A stretch of 64,000 bases of DNA, taken from Craspedostauros australis (taxonomy: Eukaryota). Below the pieces are notes generated by a model that ran no database searches, was not told where the DNA came from, and was given only the letters and a program-made list of their open reading frames with translations. The DNA lies in assembly GCA_030167865.1 (NCBI GenBank), contig JALAGF010006287.1, positions 62,001 through 126,000 on the forward strand, given 5' to 3'. Of this stretch, positions 22,114 to 33,253 are shown one piece after another. The position numbers and the translations under genes are program-made. Every line of letters starts with the position of its first letter. Position 1 is the first letter of the stretch.

Positions 22114-24519
22114 ATGGAAGTGAAGACGGAATCGACGCAGGCGGAAGCCGATGTGGGTGCTGCCGTGCCAGCTCCGACGCCGCTGTCGTCCACGTCTGCC
22201 GAGGCGACGGTCACCACGAGCAACATGACTGAGGCTTCCAAGGCAGCTGATGAAGCGATGGGTGGTGATGCTATTGCGCCAGCAGCACCGACACCATCAC
22301 CGATGGAGGCAGGAGCGGGGGTGAGCGCCACCATCATCCCACCATCCATGTCCTCCACGATGCAGTACCAGCTGGCCATGCTGTCGACGATGCAAGAATT
22401 GACGATACGCAGCGAGGTGGAGACATGCGTGACTGAGATGCTGCTGGATGTGGAGGCCACGCACTACCTGCAGCAGCATCTGCGCGTCAAGACGGCGGAA
22501 GAGAAGGCGGACTTCTTGGAGCTGCAGCAGCAGTCTACCGTCGATGAAACCAATGCCATGCTGCAGGATCGGAAACAGACGCAGATGCAGCTGGCGGACG
22601 ATCTCGTCAAAGAAATGTGGCAATTCAATCGGGACATTCAATCGCTAGTGCTGTGGAAGCAGGCCAACGAAGAGAAGATTGCCTATTACGAGCAGCTGGA
22701 GACCGAGCTGGAGAACACCAAGGCGCAATTGAACAGGGCGCAGGAGGCGGGGGTGTCCACACCCGCAGCTGCGACAGCAGCAACAGTCAATGCGCAAGCG
22801 CAGTCAACAACCATCACAACCACGAGCGCCAACACTAGTGCAAGCCCGACGAAACAGGACATTGCCAAAATTGAGCAATCACCCTCCTCTCTTCTGGACA
22901 AGGGTGAAGGGAGCGCATCTAACGAACCTGCGGTCACGAGTCAACTGGTGGCGGCAGCTCCTGCTGCAAAACCGAGCGCTGACGGCGTTGCACGATCCCA
23001 GCCAGCGTCCCAAACCCAAACAACAGGCACAGACGAACCTGCCGGCGCGACTGTTGTCGATATACCACCATTGACAGCCTCAACTGCTGCTGCTGACGTT
23101 GTTGTTCCTGCTGACACTGACAGCGGTGCAGTCGTTGAAGAAGATTCCAAGCCGGCTGCTGTTGATACTGCGAAGAGCGAACAACCGGTTTCACTTGAGG
23201 ACGCCGCATCTCCAGCCACCTCAGCTCCGAATGCGGCAAAAACAGAGTCAAAGCCAGAGGCCAAAGTAGCAGATGGCAGTGCAAAGGCTGCGGAGCAAAA
23301 CCAACCAGAAGAGGTCGAGGATGAAGAAGCCGCAGTGACTCTTGTCGAAGATGAAGCAGAGACCAAAGTGCCAGGGCTTGTGGAGGTCGACGTTGAAATC
23401 CTCATGCGGATCTTTGGCTTTCTCAGCCCCATCGATATTCTCAATACCGCACAAATCAATCTGTCGATGTACACGCGCGTGGATGTGCTCTTCGATATCG
23501 CTGAGGATGGGCACACTGCTCCAGGCACCGTTCCACAAGTCACCGCGCCAACACCGGCACCCGCGGCAGCTCCAGCGGCAGCAAAGCCACCAGCGCCCGC
23601 GCCTGCGACGGCTACTACGAGACCTGGTACCGTCAAGCCACCGCCACCATCGTCGTCGAAAACCACGCAGGGTACGACCGTTTCTGCATCCACAAAACCA
23701 GCACCAAAGCCAGCGCCGAAGCCGGCACCAAAGCCAGCACCCAAACCCGCTCCTGCTGAATCCAACGCCGTCTCTGGCCTTGGCATAGGTCTGTTCTCGA
23801 TGCTCCAACCACGGGGCCTGGCAGGAAACGCATCTGCTCCGCCTGCATCCAAGCTCGCACCGGGTGGTGCGGCCGCAGGAAAGGCGCAGCCGCTCAACGC
23901 AAGCGTCGCGCAGTCCATGGCGTCCAAACTGTCGGACACGGAACTCGCCGCCATCATCTCCATGACGGAAAAGCTGTCCAAGATGGAGAGGCAGCTCATC
24001 ACGATCACGAACGAGAAGGAGGAGCTCCAGGCCAGGTTGTCCGGTACGGAAGCTGTCAAGCAATTCCTGATCGGCAAGGTCCGCGATGCAGAGAGCAAGC
24101 TGCAGAAGAATCAAGAAAATGAGATCAAGGTGACGCAGCAGATATCGAGCGATCAGGAAGTGATAGCCTTCCTCGATGGTCGCGTGCAAGAACTGGAGGG
24201 CACCATGCTGACCACCGTGGAGGACAAGTCTGCGACAGAAGCGGAACTCTCCAGCCTTAAGGCGTCGTCGTCCAACAAGATCACCGTCCTCACGGATATG
24301 CTGAAGTACGAGCGTGAGAAGCTCCGCGAGCAGGAATCGGAATGGAAGGCTACCAAGAAGGTCCTCGTCAAGGAGGTCAAGAGCTGCCGAGCGCAGATCG
24401 TGGCGTTGCAGGCGGAACGTGACGGATACAGAGAACAGAACGAGCTGCTCAAGCACGCCATCACGTCTCCATCAGGCGGAGGTTCCAAAGGAGATCCTTC
24501 GAACCGATTCAGAAGATGA
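22114..24519 (+). CDS. Coiled-coil protein with a central F-box-like motif and Ala/Pro-rich linkers
   Basis: About 800-aa ORF with coding-like composition. LVEVDVEILMRIFGFLSPIDILNTAQIN resembles the F-box consensus. Heptad-rich N- and C-terminal regions and a (PAPK)4 tract are present. Confidence 0.75.
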   Translation: MEVKTESTQAEADVGAAVPAPTPLSSTSAEATVTTSNMTEASKAADEAMGGDAIAPAAPTPSPMEAGAGVSATIIPPSMSSTMQYQLAMLSTMQELTIRSEVETCVTEMLLDVEATHYLQQHLRVKTAEEKADFLELQQQSTVDETNAMLQDRKQTQMQLADDLVKEMWQFNRDIQSLVLWKQANEEKIAYYEQLETELENTKAQLNRAQEAGVSTPAAATAATVNAQAQSTTITTTSANTSASPTKQDIAKIEQSPSSLLDKGEGSASNEPAVTSQLVAAAPAAKPSADGVARSQPASQTQTTGTDEPAGATVVDIPPLTASTAAADVVVPADTDSGAVVEEDSKPAAVDTAKSEQPVSLEDAASPATSAPNAAKTESKPEAKVADGSAKAAEQNQPEEVEDEEAAVTLVEDEAETKVPGLVEVDVEILMRIFGFLSPIDILNTAQINLSMYTRVDVLFDIAEDGHTAPGTVPQVTAPTPAPAAAPAAAKPPAPAPATATTRPGTVKPPPPSSSKTTQGTTVSASTKPAPKPAPKPAPKPAPKPAPAESNAVSGLGIGLFSMLQPRGLAGNASAPPASKLAPGGAAAGKAQPLNASVAQSMASKLSDTELAAIISMTEKLSKMERQLITITNEKEELQARLSGTEAVKQFLIGKVRDAESKLQKNQENEIKVTQQISSDQEVIAFLDGRVQELEGTMLTTVEDKSATEAELSSLKASSSNKITVLTDMLKYEREKLREQESEWKATKKVLVKEVKSCRAQIVALQAERDGYREQNELLKHAITSPSGGGSKGDPSNRFRR

Positions 24520-25421
24520 GACGCAGCCCAACACCGAACCGTCTCCATCCCCGTGTGATGGTCGTTCAACTTCAATGGATTACTATTCTGAAGTATTCTA
24601 ATGCGCAAGTAGAGTCATACTTGTCTTATCTGCGATTCTCCTCTACTCGAAAAGGATCTTGACTTTCATGCCCTCACTCCATGGTCGTACCTCGTACTCG
24701 TCCATCGCGGAGTTTACAATCGAACGCAATGCCCGTCTTGTTTTCGGTCTGTCATTCCCACCACTGATTGTGATCGAACAAAGACACGAACACAAGTCCA
24801 TGGCGGCACAGTAGCCACAACACAAACCACAAACTCGCGATTCCAAGTTGGGTTGCATCACCACTGTCTTCGGCACCTGCACCCTCATTCCTTTCTTTCA
24901 ACGATGACGTTTGATCAGGCGGAGGGAGTGTTGGTAAATCTCCTCATAGTACGCGTACCCTGCACCCAATCATGGGGATAGTACACTGGATGCACCAGAT
25001 GCGGGTGACAAAGCAGAGAGGCAACCACATGTCCTGCCGCGCGTTTCGAACTGCGCGACTTGACGTGTGTTTTCGTGGATGATCCAATCCCAAACACGCG
25101 CCGTCCGCGTGCACACAGATTGATGGCATGAGTACAGCACGTATCATACGACTATCTTCACCAATGAATCTCCCAAGGATGACACGTTTCTAAGATACCA
25201 TGCATTGCACACAAGAAGTATTGTGACGTACGTCGTTGCGAGGACGAAAGACGCGATCTTTCCTTGCAGACGACCCGCCGCACGGGGACGAGAATGATAT
25301 GCCGATGCCGCAGGCAAACCAAGCCAAGCTGATCGCGAGAACGATGAGCACTCCCATCCACGCTTCCATCACAATTCGCATCCAGCAAAGCACAGAAGCA
25401 ACGATTCCAAAAGACCTCAAG

Positions 25422-26862
25422 ATGATGTTCCGATTCGCCGCCCTCTCTGCTGTTGCTTTCGCAGCAACGGCTGATGCATTTACCGTGAGTCTCCTGCCTG
25501 TCTTTCTGCCGACAGAATTGTACTGGCGATCACATTCCACGAGAGAGCAACTCCCGACTGTGTTGGTGTTGGTATCGACACTTGATTGGGATACAACTAC
25601 ACATGCAAAGCACCGTGGCGCCTGAAGCCCAAACAATGCCAGCCAACGTTCTGTTGCCGAGAGGAACCGATACTCGGGAAGATGATGCTATGATCAGACT
25701 GGGCCCATCAAATGCACACCAACTTCGCCTTTCTCATCATGCCGTGTGATCACAATCTCTTTTCACCACCTCGTCACCATCGGAACATGCTTATCATTCT
25801 CGCAACATCCGATACCACAGATAAATAAAAACGCAGCCCGCTCATCGACAGCACTGAACCTGTACGGCGAACCTCGCAAGGTGCAGATCATCCCATCCGT
25901 CCTTCCGGCTGATTTCGGAAAGCTCGGCGCCGACTGCAAGACCTTGGAAGACGCTGGCTGCGACCGCATCCAATTCGATGTCATGGACGGAAACTTCGTT
26001 CCAAACTTGACGTACGTCTCACGATCACCACACCGAGCGATCTTATCTGCTGTTGATCCGACTTTGTGCGCAAACCTCCAGTCTCGTTGAAAACATATTG
26101 GATGTTGCACTTGTGCCATGCTACCTGCAGATGCCCAATCGAAACATACATTTGATGGAATGGAATAATGCCCGTCGCTGCCGCCATGCGTACATCCAAC
26201 ATCTCTAACGGGCTCTCCATCACAAACGCATGCGCACATACACACACTTTCTTCACCTCTGCCCCTTTTTCATTGCTCACGAATGCGTCAGGTTCGGGCC
26301 AGACACAATCAGGTGGTGTCGTCAATACACGACTTTGCCGTTCGAGACGCAACTCATGGTCAGCGAAAAGTGCACAGATGCCATGCTCGATCAATTCGTG
26401 GAAGTCACGAAGGGACCAAACGGAGAGCCAGGCGTCGTCATCGTCCACGTGGAGGCCTGCACCCACTTGCACCGCGCTCTTTCCAACATCCGCGCAGCCG
26501 GCGGATCGCCATCGGTTGCCCTCAACCCGCACACCCCTGCCGAGATGATCGAGAATGTCTTGGACTTGGTCGACCACGCTTTGGTCATGACTGTCAACCC
26601 AGGATTCGGCGGACAGGCCTATATCCCAACTATGACGGACAAGATCGAGAAGATTCGCAAGTGGATCGTAGACCGTGACCTGGATGTTGACATCGAGGTG
26701 GACGGAGGAATCAAGGCCACCAAGGAAACCATCGGCGAATGCGCCGCAGCTGGCGCCAACTGTTTCATCGCAGGATCCGGACTCTTTGCATACGATGACA
26801 TGTCGCAAGGTGTCAAGGAGCTCACAGCCCTCGCACTGGAAGGCCAGGGCATCACTGAATAG
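25422..26862 (+). CDS. RPE: Ribulose-5-phosphate 3-epimerase, plastid (3 exons)
   Basis: Presequence MMFRFAALSAVFAATADAFT-like (ADA-F). Motifs PSVLPADF, DVMDGNFVPNLT|FGP, VHVEA, ALNPHTP, LVMTVNPGFGGQ, IEVDGGI, AGANCFIAGS. Exons 25422-25484, 25821-26011 and 26292-26862; all introns GT-AG and in phase. Confidence 0.96.
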
Positions 26863-27534
26863 ACCAGCTATCGCATCGACTGCCCTCCTGAGTCCGTCGA
26901 GCAACGAAACACCACGCAGCTTCATGGAACAATATCCACGATCCTTACCGAAGGAAATGAAAGGAGGTTGTCAAACCCATCCGACATTTATTCGCAGATG
27001 CGACGAGATACATCAATGACTGTACTCGTGCATCTGTGATACCTCGCAACTGCAATGTAACACGCTAGAAAATTGCATTTGTTTTGGGAACGCTCTATTG
27101 GAACACTCACCCAAAGCTCAGCCCTGATGGCGGCGAGAGCGATTGATGGATTCGAGATGTGCGTGGGTTGGACAAGAATTGTTTGAGCACCAGGATACTG
27201 GCAACATCAAGCTGCGACCATCCGAAACCACCTTGGCGACTACTACAACGGTCAGTCACTTCACATCTTCACCAATAGTGTATAGATGCGAACTTGTGTC
27301 TATTGTTTTCCTTCGTTACCGTCCATTTTGTTGTTTTGTTCGTGTATTTGATCCGTCCACGTGTTGCATGATACGGCGGTCTCTGCATTCATTGGTTCAT
27401 GCATACATCCAGGCGAACTTCGTCGATTCGGCCGTGTACATCCACCTCCTCTTCAATCGATTCGTTGTGACTTTATGCTCCAAAAAGCTACATGCAACGG
27501 CTGCGACCTGCCTGTGCATTCAATTCAGTGCAGC

Positions 27535-28110
27535 TTAATGCATCTGACCACGAGCCGGGTAGTGGTTGGCACGGGCCCATGATAGACCACCAACCAACTC
27601 CTCAATGTTTGGACGGCTGAATGGTGCCGACTGTGTCACCTCGAAGAATAGGTTCTTGTTGCCGTCAACCACGAACAGACCTGGCTCTGAAAACACACTG
27701 GGCTCGGCAGTATCCGGGCGACCAGCCGACATGTACAGTCCCCATTCCTTGGCCTGCTCTGCAGTGAGGCCGTACGCCAATGGAAGCTTCAGCTCTGCAT
27801 CGCTCTTGTCGACAACCGCGTCCTTCATGGCGATCGCCTTCTCTTTCGTATCCATAGAGATGGCGACGATGCTCATGTTGGCCTTGAGGAGATCTGAGTA
27901 GTAGGCCTCGATCTGTTTGAGCTGGCCAACGCAGATGGGGCAGTGGATGCCACGGTAGAAGACAAGGAGGGTGTAGTTGTGTTTGGCGGTGTCAGAATCG
28001 GGCGTGACCTCGATGTTGTTCTTTACGATGGTGTCATGGAGGTTGAATGTGTCACCAGAGATGGTTGGGAGGACAAGGGCTGGGACGGTTTGGTTTGGGA
28101 AGACGGTCAT
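27535..28110 (-). CDS. AhpC/TSA-type peroxiredoxin-like redoxin (thioredoxin fold, CxxC), intronless
   Basis: Motifs LLVFYRGIHCPIC, VAISMD, YGLT...A..WGLY, EP..FSEPGLFVV, QSAPFSRP, YPARG. Confidence 0.88.
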   Translation of the reverse strand: MTVFPNQTVPALVLPTISGDTFNLHDTIVKNNIEVTPDSDTAKHNYTLLVFYRGIHCPICVGQLKQIEAYYSDLLKANMSIVAISMDTKEKAIAMKDAVVDKSDAELKLPLAYGLTAEQAKEWGLYMSAGRPDTAEPSVFSEPGLFVVDGNKNLFFEVTQSAPFSRPNIEELVGGLSWARANHYPARGQMH

Positions 28111-31100
28111 TTTGGAAGTGGGTCGTTGCTTGTTGTTGATGCGTTGCTTGTGGGTGGTTGTTTGTATTGTGTGTTGGTTTGAATGTGATTTGATTTTATG
28201 AGATTGATGGAATGGCTCCAATTCAAGTTCATCTCTCCATCACAGATCCAACGACAACCCATCCATCATTGATCATCCATCAAGTGTTGCACGTTGAGCA
28301 TCATTCCATGATGGTTGGCTGGGCAGATACGTCGACATTGCGAATGGCAGGATCCAACACTGCTGTTGATCCATGAAGTTCGAAGAAGGCGTCAACCAGA
28401 TGATGCCATGGAGATGGTGGACACGGATGGGCCATGCGGGGAAAGGAGCCAAGGCTGCAATTGCATGGTATGGTATGAAGACGGCTGTCACGATGATTCT
28501 GTTCGGCATACGAATGCGTTGGCTTGCTTCGGAGATGTTGATATCCTGCTCGGGAACTATCCATGCCATGGTGGTTTCGCTAGGAGATATTTGAGCTGTG
28601 AGTGCGTTTGTGTTCCATGACATTCGGGGAATAGACTGGAATGGCGGAAAAGAATGGAGAATCTGCGAAGATCAGTGATACCGCTCATTGGATCGGGAGA
28701 TGAGGGACACACTGACTCCAACAATCATTGACAACTCGATTGAATACTGTATAGGGACACCCTATTATGTGCAACAGCGCGCTGTTCACTCGTTGGACAA
28801 GAGTTGTCTCAACAAAGGACGACAAGTGGACATTGAGCCGAACAATACGGGACCAAACCACAAATGTGCGATATTTGTAGCTATTGCACTTAGTGAGATC
28901 ACTCGATTCAGTTCTTGATCTTGTTGCGCCTGTCGAATACAGTCACCAATCACAACACGCGAGCGTCGCACCCAGTCATTCCTGATGTCGAACAAAACCA
29001 ACACCACAAAATCAACACATCACATCACATGTTCTCTCCTGTGTGTGGCGTCACTCCCAGCACTCGTCTCATGGCCAATACTCAAACGATGTTGTTCATA
29101 CCAGTACCAACAATCGGCACCACTGGTACTATTAACACTATTATCACAACTAGCACTTGTTGGAAATCTGGGGTGGTGGTGATAGTAGAAAGCTAATCGT
29201 TTGTTAGAATCTACTTCTCTGAACTGTGAGCTCTTCATTGCTCTCAACTTCCAAAGTTCGATCTCCTCCTGAGACCTCCATGGGTTCATCTGTTGGTCTA
29301 GCATGCATCCACCTTGCATTCATCGCAGATTCATCATGGACATGCATGCCTGACCAATTTCCCCACATCCGTGCACTCATTGCGTTGTCTTGCCTCTGAT
29401 AGTTTTGTTGGCATAGGCATCGCTGAATCACAGGCATCACCTGACTCGTTCCATTCAATCGGATCACAGTCTCCATGTTTCACAAGAGCAGCTTGGATGC
29501 TTCTTCCTCTTGACTTCTCATCAGGGACAATTCCGATCCTTTCCGATCCTTCTCCGATCATTCACTGGTTCGTTATCAGAGACCCGTTCACAAGCCATCT
29601 CACACTTTGCGACGCTGGCCTGTCTCGAATACGCTTTTCTTGTTCGTTGCGACATACGGGCTGTAGTTGAGTGTATTGTGATGCTGGTCATGAATCCAAC
29701 ATCGCCGCCCCCTGCGACATACACATATGATTCCTATTCCTGCATTGAGGTCACGAACGTCACGGTCCGGTTCGCATTCGGCACGTGGCGCTCTCCACCA
29801 CAAAAACACGTGCAGCTCACAAGTTTGCTGTCACAAAAATCCAAAGCGGGAGGTGCGGCAATATACCGTTTCAAGACGCTCGACTACACACTCTTGGGAG
29901 GCGCGTCAATTTGGTGTTTCAGAACATCCGATTCCTGACAGGCACGAAGATATATGTCATCGACAACTGTTGTATGTTACAGACTGACGCATTGTCTTTC
30001 GGTTGAGTCTGACGAAGGTAGGAGTGCGCGATGAGCAGCAGGCTGTGTCTATCGATATGCTTATGTGTTTTAGTCTGCTTCGGCACAGTGGGCACACATA
30101 GGAGAGAAGGGGAGAACCCAATTCACTATCGAAGATAGACTGGCTGTGTGGGATGAGTTGGATGCTCTGTACAAATGGTATCACATGGGATCTACAGTAT
30201 CAGACCAAGGTACTCAGGATGTAGTGTGCATAGAGGAGGTCGAAGAGAGTTCAGATCTGGCGGAGATTGTAAGACGTGGCCAACAAAATGACCAGTTTTC
30301 AAGCTGTGACAGTCATCGGTCATTCACCAAAACAGTCCCAGCCATTCTAGATTCTTCTTTCTAATTTACCGCAGCTTACGCATGGACTGAATGGGTTTGA
30401 CAACGAACTGCGAGCGGTCAAGGCACTGCAATCTCTTGCGGACGGAGTAGTGGGTATGTTCGATCATTTCGCCCGCGAGAACAGAGATACACTTCTCCCC
30501 ATCTCGCCAAGAAATGTCTGAGACCGAAGTAACCGGTGGTTTATTGTAACGATATTTCAAGTACGAACATGCCTCGAGTATTCCCACGTGTGTACGAGTG
30601 TCTGGAGACGATGATTGGCTGTGCTTCTTCGTTGTCATTCGTGAAGTGAGCACGATGAATAATCACCCCAATCGAATCAAGAAGAATAAGGAGTCTTCGA
30701 GTGTCTACTACACGAGTACGAGACAAGGATCCCGCGTTGATGGAACAGCCGTACTCCTTTCACGAGGAAACACCTGACATCGCCTTCCACCCTTTGCCTC
30801 TCGTATCGTTCTTGCTCTTGCTCTTGCTCTTGGTCGTGAGATACGACTGCGAACAAAGGCATTGCGAAAGAGAGTGAAAGCTGTCATGGTCCACCATTCG
30901 TGGTTGTATACCTTGACCATGAGAATGAGTGTGATACACCACGATTTGCAGAAGTGTTTCGTGGGAGAGATCTTTTTCGTTCTGCTTCGGACTCTGTGGT
31001 GGTACGGAGCCGCATAAGTCTCCGCTCCTCCTTGTGCGTTATGTGCAGCATCGGCGGCCGAACTGTGTATGGAGTGGAACACCAAGAACGTCTTCTGTTG

Positions 31101-31768
31101 GGTTGCCCGAAGATCGCATGCATTTTTCCATATTTCTCATTTGAAAGAAACAATCAGAATTACCAAGAGCGCGCTTTCTCCTTCCCGGGTGTTGCGCGCC
31201 AAGGAATTGAACACACACACACCTTACAGAACCCTCAAGGACCAACGAAGATTGCTGCCTCTCGGCAACCAACATGGATGGGAGGCATGTCACCTATCAA
31301 GGACGTCTTGTGCAGAGCCATCGTCCTCTTCCTGTGCACCATACCATACTTCTCCACATGAAAGTACCCATGCTCGCTCCGAACGATCTTGGATCCCTTT
31401 TCACATCTCATAACATCTCATAAAAACAACCATCTCACAACACCAACAGCGACAACGACGATAACTTATAGAAGTCGTACAACACCTAACTGCAAGCAAA
31501 ACACAACCACAGCCATCTCGAAACACACCACCAACTGATCGAAAACCGAAACAGAACGGGGTCAACGGTACGTTCATTTGTGTGCATCATGGCCGTGGCC
31601 ATTGTCAACACCGTGGTACAAGGCAGCAGGTGCCCACGCGCCGCTGTGACCGGCGTGAAGAGTCGTTTCCCGGTCCAGTTTGCCAGCCACCTACACACTC
31701 TCGGAATCGTCCTCTGCTCTACCTGCGAGCTGTTCTCATGGTGGTCTACCGATGTCAGAATGTGTTCA

Positions 31769-31801
31769 TGCAATGCAATGCAATGCAATGCAATGCAATG
31801 C
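31769..31801. repeat. (CAATG)n pentanucleotide microsatellite
   Basis: About six tandem CAATG units. Confidence 0.9.
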
Positions 31802-32122
31802 CACTTTACTGCCACGTTCGGCAACAGCAGACTTCGTTCTCGTTCTCCCTCATTCTCAGATACTCGCTAATCACAGGCTCACCACATTGTCCACTTGTTC
31901 GTTCATCCAAAATCACGACGCTTCTCTCAACAAACAAATCGCTGGACGGATCGCACGTTGACTCCTGTCTGATCTGGCTACTGTCAATGATGTGGTTCGT
32001 TTCCACCTATTCTTCGCATTGTACAACACGTCTGCGACCCTTCTGCATCTGCGTGCGCACTGTTCCGTTCCATACCGATAATGACACACACTGACAAACC
32101 AACCAACCAACCAATAGCAACC

Positions 32123-33253
32123 ATGTTCAAGATCAAGACATCTATTATCGGCGCTCTCGTCTTTGCCAACATGGCAATGACGCTGGCTTTGGAGCCGACT
32201 CAGACTCCTGTACTACCTTCCATGGTCGTCGGTTGCCTCCGAACGCCAGGAGATGTCACCAGCAACTTCGACGTAAGAAGCCCTGCGTCCGAAGTTGTTT
32301 GCGACGAGGCTGGTGGTCTATGTGCCGGCTTTTTGGCGGCCATCGAGGCACTCCCGGACATTAAGGACAGGCTCGTCAAGAGCATCTTCGGATGCAACAA
32401 AAACAACCTGGCAAACACGCCAGCCAACTCCCAAAAACTCTTTGATCGTGTGAAGAATGATGGCAACGCTATCGCTACCATCTTGAATGCTGTCCAAGGC
32501 AACGGGATCATCATGACCGGACGAGGCGACGCACTCACCACAGCATGCAGTGCCGAAGGATACTCTTGCTGTCCACCCGGAGGTTGCTCACTCGACGGTG
32601 ATTCGTTCACCATCACTCCAGATTCCTGCACATCACTTGGCTCTTGCATCAACGTCGCTCCCAAAGCCATGATCTTCGATAGCTGCATTGAGCAGAACTC
32701 CTGCAACAGCTTTGGACAATTCGACCCAAATCACCCGGACGGTAGTGTTGCTATCGGCAGCAAGATCATTGGACCAAATGCATGCACCGCTCGTGCCAGC
32801 TGCCAGAAACTTGGCATGAACATCTACGGTTCTATCGATGTTCAGAGTGGAGCATGCAGTGGGTTGCGCAGCTGCAGGGGTCTCGGACGTCGTCAAAACC
32901 AGGGAGAGGACGTGTCCTCGCCCATCATCGCCGACATCATCATCGGAGAGAATGCATGTCAAGAACAAGCTGCATGCATGAATGCCCACAGAGGTGATTC
33001 CAAGATTTTTGGAAACCTTTTTATTGGGGACGGTGCGTGCGCGTCGACAAGTAGCTGCAAGAGTGTTGCTCACAGCAACGCTGCCGTTGATGATCTTGTC
33101 ATTGCTCCAGATACCTGCATTTGGGCCAACAGCTGCCAAGGCTGTGTCATGACGGATATGTGTACTGGACCCAGCAACTTTACCTATGCTACCTACACCA
33201 TCGACGATCCAAGCACGGACTGCCCAAATCCAAACCAAGCTGCCTGCTCTTGA
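32123..33253 (+). CDS. Secreted cysteine-rich repeat protein, function unknown
   Basis: Signal peptide MFKIKTSIIGALVFANMAMTLA. About seven repeats of [IV]xxx[SAT]Cxxxx[SA]C in the C-terminal half. Intronless. Confidence 0.85.
   Translation: MFKIKTSIIGALVFANMAMTLALEPTQTPVLPSMVVGCLRTPGDVTSNFDVRSPASEVVCDEAGGLCAGFLAAIEALPDIKDRLVKSIFGCNKNNLANTPANSQKLFDRVKNDGNAIATILNAVQGNGIIMTGRGDALTTACSAEGYSCCPPGGCSLDGDSFTITPDSCTSLGSCINVAPKAMIFDSCIEQNSCNSFGQFDPNHPDGSVAIGSKIIGPNACTARASCQKLGMNIYGSIDVQSGACSGLRSCRGLGRRQNQGEDVSSPIIADIIIGENACQEQAACMNAHRGDSKIFGNLFIGDGACASTSSCKSVAHSNAAVDDLVIAPDTCIWANSCQGCVMTDMCTGPSNFTYATYTIDDPSTDCPNPNQAACS

Noticed and set aside
22941..24456. Gly/Ala-rich minus-strand ORFs with a GAGF repeat
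   Set aside because: Antisense of the PAPK tract in the real plus-strand gene.
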